Source: Octopus vulgaris
Taxonomy: Eukaryota
Length of the DNA stretch: 64,000 nt
Reading direction: 5' to 3'
Assembly (NCBI GenBank): GCA_951406725.2
Contig: OX597831.1
Span: forward strand, 8,928,001 to 8,992,000
Shown: positions 53,537 to 64,000 of the stretch, one piece after another
Layout: each line of letters starts with the position of its first letter
How positions within the stretch are numbered: position 1 is the stretch's first letter
Made by a program: the position numbers and the translations under genes
The notes under the pieces: generated by a model
What the model was told of the DNA's origin: nothing
What the model saw: only the letters and a program-made list of their open reading frames with translations
The model's database searches: none

Positions 53537-54462
53537 TATTATTATTGCTAATACCAGGAACCGTTATTGTTTACCAAAGATCTAACGAAAATCTACTGAA
53601 GAAAAAAGTGTTTAAATATCAGTTGATTAACAGTAGAATTGTAACAAAGCCCCCTCCCCCCGCCACTCATAATTGCTGGAATCTTGAGCTATGATTAATG
53701 TAGAGCAAATAACATCGAGCTGATATATTATGCATGTCATGAATAAATCAGTAATATTCCAAGTGAGCCAACGTCTTGCTCTACTTTTCTTCTTATCATT
53801 AAAACCTTTAACAAAACCTGATTCGGATACAACTGCTATGATGCGGTTGATGTCCTTAATTATTACAGTTATGAAGATAAACAGCAGTCGCCTCTACTAC
53901 AAAGAGCAGCCTTTGTAATTTGAGAAAATGAGATGAAATTCTATATAGAATAATGTGTGAAAACGATGTTGAAAAAAGAGAATTAATAAAAACGATGACA
54001 CTTAAGTCATATTAGATAAACTAAGTGCCATAAGAGTATAAGATCAAAGCGAGTGAAAAACATTTGGGAATTAAAGAATTAGAAAGAGAAAATGCCAAAA
54101 ACAGGGAAAGAAAAGCTTGAGGAAATATATTAAAGAGACAACAGTATAATCGTTAAAACGTTACTAAAAGTAAACAGGACAATGTTCAGTAAAACTGTTA
54201 TCCACCTGATACGTTATAATTGTATTGTTTTGAAGTAGAAATGAAAAGAATTTACAAATCTCACGAGTAAAACAGACGAACTTTCTCTGTTTCGGAAAGA
54301 TGTTATATTTCACACGAATGCGTGGGCGTAGAATGCCTCTGCATGTAGTAAAGTACTCTTTGAAATATCTTCTTTGGGATTAAACAGATGTTAATGAATA
54401 CGAAAGGGAAAGTAAGACGAAGAGCGATAAGATATGAATATAAAAGTAATAACCGTGCAATA

Positions 54463-54723
54463 AGTGAAGATTTAGAAGGTCCCTGATAGCACTGCATACA
54501 TCGCCTTGTACTATTTGTTGCATTTGTCTGTAGAATGAGATAAAACCTTGGCGAGGTCGTGTTTTCTCGTCATTCATTAAACAACTCTTTGCAATTCTCG
54601 CCCCCGGGCAGCAATATTGAGGGGAGGGGTTTACTCGTTTACATCGACTCCACAGTTCAACTTGTATTTCCTTTTATCGACCCCGAAAGGATGAAAAGGA
54701 TGAAAGACAAAAGTCGACCCCAG
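54463..54723 (+). repeat. Copy 1 of a roughly 260-bp dispersed direct duplication
   Basis: Aligns with 60225-60487, including non-SINE sequence (CGCCTTGTACTATTTGTTGCATTTGTC..GTAGAATGAGATAAAACCTTGGCGAG) and an old family B SINE fragment. Confidence 0.9.
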
Positions 54724-55904
54724 GCAAGCATGTACTTTCGGGGTCAGTTCTACTGTGCTGTACCGTGGGCAAGTGTCTTCCACTACAGCTCTGGGCCAAC
54801 CAATTCCTTGTGAGTGAATTTAGGGGACAGAAACTGTGTGGAAGACCGTCGTATATATTTATGTATATGTGTGTACATCTTTATATTTGAAAACACTTTC
54901 TCAAGGCGCCGCAAAGCAGGGCTAAACGCGAAATCAGGTGGTTGCAGATCGCGCTTCTAAACCACAGGGCCATGCAGAGGAAAATAAAACCAAGAACACG
55001 CATTTTCCACTTGTATCGAAATTATAACCGTTTTTACCCCTCATCAAACAGAAACAGCAACAAGATCATATAAAGCTCAACCTTTCAGGGAATCGCTATT
55101 TCCACGATTATTCAAAAGTGTCCTTATGCAGAACAACCATCTTGAATCTAGTGGGTAAAATTCCAAACCTTAAAAAAGTTAGTGTAGAATACTCATTATT
55201 GTTTTGAGATAACCAAAGACTTGGTATCAGTGCGAATCTGGATTTCTGATTGCTGCCTCATCGTCCGTCCACCGGAGAGCAGAATTAAGGTGAAACCCGG
55301 AGTTGCTCAACATCGTCAAAAGCCAAAAAAAAAACAACAAAAAAAAACATTGATTGAACAAACAACAACAATCATCGAACTGGCATAGATACCAGAGTAG
55401 AACAACAGCAAAATCCTGCATGCATTCGCCAAGGCCAATATAACAATACAAGCGAGAATACCACTCACTGAAATTCTTGCAAGAACGGCGACAATAACAA
55501 GAACAACAACAACAACAACAACAACAACTCCAAGCCGTAATTCACTGATAATAGAAACAATGCATAAAGAACTCAACAACAACAACAACAACAACAACAA
55601 ATGAAATACTAAACAAGTAAGGAAATGAAATAGGAGAAGAGTTAGAAAAATATATCGGTTATGGAAGCAACAATGTAGAAATATGCAAAAATATGTGTTC
55701 TTCTGGTGTTTGTTAATATTCCATTGGTAGGAGACAGATGAATAACATTAGCCGTTTACTTAATACAAACCTGCAAGGGACTGCTGTGTTTGTGTTTGTT
55801 TTATACATACATACATACATACATACATATACGAGTTTTACACATACACATATTAATACTCGTGCTTATGAATATATACATAAACATACGCAAACATACA
55901 TCTA

Positions 55905-55962
<58 letters not shown>

Positions 55963-56723
55963 ATGCATATATACATATATACATACATATGTATGTATAC
56001 ACACATACATGTATGTATACACCAGTTTTCTAATGCGTCTGCAACGCAACTGAAATTACGAGAGAGTTAATACTAATATCAATAATACACAAATAAATAA
56101 TTAAATGTTTATCGTAAGATGATAATGATGAGTGTGTGTGTGTGTGTGTTTGTGTGTGTGCATGCGTGTGTGTTTGTGTGTGTGTGTGTGCGTGACAAGA
56201 TTGTGAATAAAATATAGGAACATACAAAAAGAAAAAAAAACATGGGAAAATATCGAAATAGAGTAACAACTGGAATAGTAGCAATATGAAGGAACCGAGA
56301 TGTGTTTATGTATGTATGTATGTATGTATGTATGTATGTATGTATGTATGTATGTATGTATGGATGTATGTATGTACGCACGTATATATGTATGTATGTA
56401 TGTATTTATGTATGTATGTATGTATAAATATATATATATATATATATATAAATGTAATTACGTATGTATGTGTGTATGTTTTTCTGCTTTTGTGAATACG
56501 TGTATATTGTTGGTTTTATTTTTCCAATTTCTCACCAATGGACATTAAAAACAAAAAACAAAACAGGAACGGATCGATTCAACAAAAGAAAAAAAATACT
56601 CACTGGAATTTAGAGAATATCAAACAGGGTGGCCTTGTATGTATGTATGTATGTATGTATGTATGTATGTATGTATGTATGTATGTATGTATGTATGTAT
56701 GTGTATGTATGCATGCATGTATG

Positions 56724-56763
<40 letters not shown>

Positions 56764-56969
56764 TATATACATGTACACTTATGGATGCAATCCCTGAATT
56801 ATTCTATATATATATATATCTATACATACATACACACACACACACATATATATATATCGTTTTTCTATTTGGTGTGCAAGATTCTTTATGTGAATTCGTG
56901 CGTTAAAGCATGTATATGCATGTATATATATATGCATACATGATTACATTTATGCATATACATACATAA

Positions 56970-57041
<72 letters not shown>

Positions 57042-57757
57042 CTTTAATTATAATACATGTATATGCACATATCCAGACGCACACACACATATGCATATGT
57101 ATGCGTATAGGATTATAGGAGAATGTGTATTAATAAAGAAGAGTGTAACCATTACGGCACTTCGGAATCATTATATTGTTATTCCTTTAAATGTTGTTGT
57201 TGTCCTTCTTGCGTTTCTGCATACTTGGCGCCATACATCATTGGCAGGAATAGAAAGTGTCTGGTTCTTTTCTTATTGTAATAAGAACATCCGTTTGTTT
57301 GCCAACTTGTTGTTTGTGTAGGTGTAAATGTGTTGTAGCTGTTGTCGTCGTTGGTGGTGGTGGTGGTGGTGGTGGTGGTGCTTAAGCCTGATGTAACAAC
57401 TCAGCCCTCGTGTAGCAAGCAGAGAGAATTGATCGAAAATCGTTTCAAGCTTGTCCTTCCAGTCTTGTTTGTAGAGAATATACTTTGAATTAATTTCACT
57501 AATGTGTATCGCTTTTTGTAACACTGTTATTGCGATTGCATGGAGGTTGGAATCTTATTTCTCACAGACGGAGCGAAGATTTAGCGGAAGCGTCGATAAT
57601 ACCACATTAATCAGTCTGTACACATCTTAAGTATTACGAAACTGGTCTGACTGGTAGAGAATCAGACAATAATATTTGGTAGTATGGAATTTCGATCTGT
57701 TATGTTCTGACTTCGATATATCTTTCTTGAAGTCCTTTTTAATTTCCCGTACATAAA

Positions 57758-57921
57758 GGCGCAGGAATGGCTGTGTGGTAAGTAGCTTGCATACCGAACA
57801 CATGGTTCCGGGTTCAGTCCCACTGAGTGGCACCTTGGGCAAGTGTTTTCTACTATAGCCTCGAGCTGACCAAAGCCTTTGTGAGTGGATTTGGTAGAAA
57901 GGAACTGAAAGAAGCCTGTCG
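57758..57921 (+). mobile_element. SINE family A, 5' half
   Basis: Runs from the head through GAAAGAAGCCTGTCG, then into (TATC)n and the hairpin at 57996. Confidence 0.88.
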
Positions 57922-57955
57922 AATACATATATCTATCTATCTATCTATCTATCTG

Positions 57956-57995
<40 letters not shown>

Positions 57996-57997
<2 letters not shown>

Positions 57998-58161
57998 GAA
58001 ATAGCAGCTAAAAAAAAACTTTTTTAAAACTATCTCCAATACTTAAAGAAAACCTCTCTCATATAGTCAAAGTTGAGTTGAGCAAGCACTATATGAGAGA
58101 GGTTTTCTTTAAGTATTGGAGATAGTTTTAAAAACGTTTTTTTTTTTAGCTGCTATTTCTA
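57996..58161. repeat. Hairpin with about 72-bp arms and a 20-nt loop
   Basis: 58021-58067 is the exact reverse complement of 58088-58134 (47 bp). The outer TAGAAATAGCAGCT(A)n also pairs. Confidence 0.95.
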
Positions 58162-58304
58162 ATGAGTTCAGTATGCGGCAAAGTAAGTTATTTTACTAAG
58201 CCCTTTCATATAATGTAATAATTTGAATTCGCCTTAAATGGTCCCTTTGTATACTGAATACTTGGTGAAATTGATTAATTAATTAATTTTACCCTCAATT
58301 GTTG

Positions 58305-58370
<66 letters not shown>

Positions 58371-59119
58371 TTAGAACGCGAGGTAGCGGAAATGTTATCT
58401 CGGCGCGCGAAATGCTTAGCGATATTTCGTCTTTCTTTTCGTTCCGAGTTCAAATTCCACCGAGGTCGACTATTTCATTTTTAACGGCGGTGCATCAGCA
58501 TGGCCGCAGCTCTGAGCTGAAACTAGAAAAAAAAATATATATATATATTCACCCTAAATTTACAATATATATATATTTATATATATTTATATATATATAT
58601 ATTTATATACATATAAGGCAGGATGTATGTGTGTGTACGTGATTGTAGTTTATGCACATCCACAAATTACGACGCATGTCGCTCAAATTTTAGGAGGACA
58701 TTCGTCACGATCCTAGCTGTATTTTCGTCAAATTATTTTCCCCCGAGGCAGCGGCAAATAGCGGTAAATATTTTTGAGCCATAACTTCAATTTTCACAGC
58801 AGAGAAATCCACTGTGGTGACGCTATTATTGTTTACAAAGCATGAGCTAAGTCCACTTCTAGCCACGGTGTAAAGAGAGGGAGGGAGGGGTAGAGAGAGA
58901 GAGAGAGAGAGTGAGAGATAACAGATTTTTAAATTTTCTTTTCAGTGAGTGATGACTGACAAAAACATACAGACAGGTGTTGTTATGTATGTATGTATGT
59001 GTGAATGGATTCAGTCACACACACACACACACACACACATACACACTACCATGTATGCGTACAAAACACATGCATGCAATGTGTGTGTTGACCATATATA
59101 TATATATATATATATACAC

Positions 59120-59509
59120 TATATCTCTCTCTATATAAAGCTGAAGTTGTCTGTGTAGTGCAGGTTTGGTAGCCTTCAACTATCTCCTCCGAGACCTTGC
59201 GGCGCAAGTTGACCAAAATTGAAAGTATGATAGAAGAAGGCTTGCTCCTCCTTCCGTAGAAGAAAAAATTCAAATCGGACCATGTTAACACCAAAAGTTA
59301 TTTACATCAAAAAGGTGCTTTTTTTCTATGAAAATCCCTATTTTTTACGATGTTTTGACTGCTGTGTCACCGTTTTTCGGTGTAATTCAATCAGAAAAAT
59401 GTTCACTTAAAGAGATTAACAAGCTACATAATGCAAAACTTTTACTTTCCGAAAATTCCAATTCTAAAGGGTCGAAACAAACCCCGAGCAACGCCGGGCG
59501 ATACTGATA

Positions 59510-59510
<1 letters not shown>
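59120..59510 (+). mobile_element. Non-autonomous Helitron
   Basis: 5' TCTATATAAAG start (about 59130). Subterminal hairpin CCCGAGC-AAC-GCCGGG at 59483-59498 is followed 8 nt later by a CTAG-like end (ATAG|T). No TSD. Confidence 0.7.
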
Positions 59511-59565
<55 letters not shown>

Positions 59566-59568
<3 letters not shown>

Positions 59569-59735
59569 CGTGTGTTTGTGTCGATTGACAACCGATGCTA
59601 CTGTGTTTACGTCCCCGTCACTTAGCGGTTCGGCAAGAGAGACCGATAGAATAAGTCCTGCGATCGATTTGATCGACTAAAGGCGATGCTCCTGCATGGC
59701 CGCAGTCAAATGACTGAAACAAGTAAAAGAATAAA
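59566..59735 (+). mobile_element. SINE family A, 3' half (followed by an older family A copy at about 59790-60170)
   Basis: TTGACAACCGATGCT..GTCACTTAGCGGTTCGGCAA..CATGGCCGCAGTCAAATGACTGAAACAAGTAAAAG. Confidence 0.85.
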
Positions 59736-60224
59736 CATTTAGGGAAAATACCTCTGGAGAAGGATCGAGTGTGTTTTTACTTATTGCTGGTGCTTTGTGT
59801 ATTTAAAGAGCTCGCTTTGCTACGGTGAGGTTTTTGGTTCAATATAGCTACACAGCATCTTGGGCCAATGTCTTCTACTCTAGCACAGGGACCCCTCGAA
59901 TGCCTTGGGAGTGAATTTGTTTGGCTAAAACTCCGTGGAAACCGGTCGTATATAAATACGTGTGTGTTTTTGTGTGGATGTTTGTGTGTATGTTTGTTCC
60001 CACCTTCCCTGCTTGATAATCGGGGCTGGTAACTTAACATCCTAACAAATAAACCCGATAGAATAAATGCCGGACTTAAGTACTGTGGTTGATTTGTACG
60101 ATAAAGCCCTTCAACGCTGTACTCCAGCATGGCCGCAGTACAATTACCGAAACCATTGAAAGATAACAGAAGAAATACTCTCACTTCATGGAATGTTTTC
60201 GTCTTCTTCTATTGTCCCTACATG

Positions 60225-60487
60225 AGTGAAAATTTAGAAGATTCGTGATAGCATCGCAATCAGCGCCTTGTACTATTTGTTGCATTTGTCCGTAGAATGA
60301 GATAAAACCTTGGCGAGATCGTGTTTTCTCGTCATTCATTAAGGAGTCAACAAATAACTCTTTGTAATTGTCGCCCTCGGACAGCAATTTTGATGGGAGG
60401 GGCTTACTCGTTTACATCGATTCCACTGCTCAACTTGTATTTCCTTTTATCGACCCCGAAACGATGAAAGGCAAACGTCGACCCCAG
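60225..60487 (+). repeat. Copy 2 of the roughly 260-bp dispersed direct duplication
   Basis: Aligns with 54463-54723. Confidence 0.9.
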
Positions 60488-61429
60488 CTGTATTTGAACT
60501 CAGAACTTAAAGACCAGAAGAAACGCTGTAAAGCCTTTTCTCCGACACAAGATAGATTCCGCCAGTTCCCCACCTTCAAGGGCCCTATATGTCAGACCAG
60601 TACTGTTGTACTGTGGCTAATTCTTCTCTTTCACATTCTGTCTGTGAAAGAAATGGGGTCGGTCTAGATATGAAAGGTGATGGTCCACCGTCAGTTTATA
60701 ATGACCAGGGTGTGCCGCATGTTTTCGACAGGGTCCCTAGGTATCCATCGGAAACTGAAGCTGATCAAAGAAAACTTTACATGCGTGAGAGATACCACAG
60801 TTCGATATTTCGCTCTTGGTAATAGATGTATCAACCATGGAATCGATCTATCCTAGTACACTTCATTGTCAAACTTTAGGTATTGTGACGACGTATGGCA
60901 CTAACAAGAATATACGAGTTGATCTCAGGAATTAGTTGTCTCAGTCATTAACCATATTATGTGAGGGGCACCACAGAGTTTCTATGAGAACCACAGTTTT
61001 GTCAATGCTATTATAGATCTTTGATATTGCTCTTATTCAGCTACAAGCCAGTCCTGGCCAAATAAGTTGATCAAACCACTCCAGCTATTAATATCTCATC
61101 GTTTTGTATGTATTTTATTTCCTGCTTTAAGTATCTCCGAATCCGTCCAGTGCTTTCTTTACTCTTTTAAGACGGTGCGGTTCGATTTGAGCGAATTTTT
61201 ACTGTTATTTCTAGTACAGTTCAACGATCAAGTAGATGTTCGCTGATGGAAATGATGGTAATTAAGCAAAATTAATTTCGATTCGTTATACCATTAATTA
61301 CTGGGACCTTATGCTCCGCGAACTTAGCTCTCAAGGTTATCGAAGCAAAGAAACCATCGTACCGCAACAAGGACTTCACCTTGTGCTGGAAGATTAAATT
61401 TTCGATGATTTACCGTTAATCCACCGATA

Positions 61430-61715
61430 TATTTATCTCTTCATTGCCCACAGCGGGGCAATAAACATAGAGGGGACAAACAAGGACAGTGAAAGATTGC
61501 ATCGATCCCAGTCAGTGCGTAATTAGTACTTATTTAATCGACCCCGAAAGGATGAAGGGCAATGTCGACCTCGGCGGAATTTGAACTCAGAACGTAACGG
61601 CAGACCAAATTCCTATTTCTTTACTACTCACAAGGGGCTAAACACAGAGAGGACAAACAAAGACAGACCAAATACCGCTCAGCATTTTCGCCCGGCGTGT
61701 TAACGATTCTGCCAA
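61430..61715 (-). mobile_element. SINE family B containing an inserted family B tail
   Basis: Tail fragment 61614-61663 is flanked by CAGACCAAATTCC (61601-61613) and CAGACCAAATACC (61664-61676). Confidence 0.88.
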
Positions 61716-62164
61716 AGCTACCGATGTATTAATTACAGATATATGTGAATTAGTGTGCTGCAGCGTATATCGTAAAAGTAAATGTTTTTATTTCATACAT
61801 TTTACCACATTCCCGCTCCTTTCTTATTTGCTCTGAAGGGTTATCAACAGACATGGAGAGAGTTCGAACTTAGGACATTGAAGAATTATTTTGAATTAAA
61901 GCTTTTAAGAGATATTAGTCTACTTCTCAGCCTCCTCGCCCATACTTTTCTCGGTCTCGATCTTTGTTAATTATGCGATATATTTGAATTTGTCTGCTGC
62001 GTCTGTAGCTATCTTGCATGAAATGAAGAAATGTAAAATTAATTCTTTTGAAGAAATACTTTTATTTCATACACAATATTTCCTAAGAAATCAAAGCATT
62101 ACAGAGAACTCAACGAAATAATGATAATGATAATGATGATGGTAATAATAATAATAATAATAAC

Positions 62165-62231
<67 letters not shown>

Positions 62232-64000
62232 GCAAGGACAACAATGATAAAAAATATATGAGAGAGAGCATATTTTGTGTATGAGTTTTAACTTGCATAT
62301 ATTAAAGAAAATTATGAGCTATTTGCTTTATCCAGCAAAAACATCTGGCAATTAAAAGAAACATGAGTGAAAAAAGGAATAAATCTGTGATTAGAAATAT
62401 AGATGGAGTCTATAAAGAATTGTAAGAGGAGAATGATGAAGAATTAAAAAAAAGAAAAAAAGATTTCTGATATTCTTGATTTTTTTCGCATCAAAGTAAA
62501 ATTAGAAAAATAACAATGATATATATATATTGCTTTTTTTAAACATTTACTTGTAATTCGTTCTGTTACGTAATGAACACCATTCGCGTTTAAGCATAGA
62601 TTTCATCATTCCTGTAAACAAATACGGAAGAAATGAGGTGTTGACAAGACCGAGCATACTCTGAGTTTTCTTCGTAAAAAATGAATTGAATGTCAGTCCT
62701 TACCTAATTATGTATATATTTTCCTCTCAGGATATTTCACATTGGTGAGATTTCCAATGTTTCTTTTATTAAATATGATATTATTGACATGTTTGTGCAT
62801 ACATTTGTTTCATACAGGTGATGTAAATTTAAGTATTGGTGAACCAATATGTTCACAAGTTCCATAGTAAAATTCTGTTCTGGTGGTGTGAAGCCTGGCG
62901 TTTTCATATTTCCAAAGAATTAATTTGTTTCTTTTTTTCTTCCTCTTTGACATCCTTAATTATTACAAAATAGAACGTTGCTTATCAACTTCTTAAAGAA
63001 ACCGATTCTAGCAGGACTCTGTATCAAAGTCGCAATGACTGAATATTATTAAAGTTCGATCTTGTGACTCAGAGATCAGTTGTGCAGTAAACGCAGAACA
63101 CTTGCCTTTCGGGTACTTCGGCATTTTTCATTGATAATTCTCACATAGAGACACCGTAAAACAATATTTTCTTCATATTTCCACAAGAAGAATATCCCGA
63201 ACGATATTTCTTTGATGCCTAACAATCGTTAAAGAAGATCATTAAGGAATTTATCGGACATATTTGCCAGAAATATAGGACGAATCAATAAAATGTAGAA
63301 CCTTGCAATAATTATTAAGATGAAAAACCCTAATGGCGCAATGACGTAATAAGTATAAAAGGAGGAGGAACGAAACGTGAATATTGATAGATATAAACAT
63401 TGCGTCTTTGAACAATGCAACTTTGAAGAATGTATGCAATGTAAGATCTTAGAAAACTACAAAGAAATTCCACATTGAATGCGTCTTTATAGTTTATAGA
63501 TCTAGGAATCTGTGATTTGAAAAGTACGGCTGTTGATAATAGTAACAATAACACTTGGTTTATTTGGCCATTGGTGTATAAGAAAGAAGAATGCTGAAAA
63601 TAATGGAATATTGTGAAATTACTTAGCAACTGAAAGTTTAAACAATACAAAAGATTTTCCTTAATATTCCTGCCTTCCTCCTCCTCCTCCTCCTTCTCCT
63701 CCTCTTCTATAGAATTTTATCAATACGATAGTCTGATATACAATATTGTTGAGTTTTGAATTCACATTTATTGAAATTTACTTCTGTTTTATCGGTTTAC
63801 TCAGTGCTTCAAGTAGATTCGAGCCCCCTTTTTGTTATTTATTTTATGCTTTGTACGAATGCAATAAATGTTATTGCGGTATGTTTCGTAACTCAGAGTA
63901 TTTCTTCGTCTCTTTGTACCTTAATGTATATTTATGTGTATATGTATGGTATATTTATGTGTACGGTATATCATATTACTGGATGTGCTATGTTATTGCT

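Noticed and set aside
60589-60822. 77-aa ORF of normal-looking composition
   Set aside because: Short, begins just after a SINE remnant, and has no recognisable domain or convincing splice sites.

Overview
This 64-kb window is AT-rich, repeat-saturated animal genomic DNA. The (TA)n/(CA)n/(TATC)n/(TATG)n/(TAA)n microsatellite load and the SINE families point to an octopod cephalopod, probably Octopus; this is pattern recognition, not a database hit. I cannot support any intact host protein-coding exon, and nearly all ORFs in the track are microsatellite read-through. The window holds (i) about 30 full or partial tRNA-headed SINEs in four families, (ii) decayed LINE fragments, including R4/Dong-type RLE 3' ends stacked in (TAA)n repeats, RTE, an I/Jockey-like ORF1 and Penelope-like pieces, and (iii) a non-autonomous Helitron. 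The most notable signal is a set of at least 6-8 unrelated short elements carrying minimal type-I hammerhead-ribozyme (HHR) folds with palindromic stem III, like those known from Penelope-like elements. Several lie in or beside long inverted repeats (six fold-backs of about 165-410 bp). One family fuses a tRNA/Pol III head to a hammerhead-bearing tail and forms a head-to-head dimer. Another shows a compensatory C3-G8 to U3-A8 core change. Ribozyme activity, expression and novelty are untested inferences.
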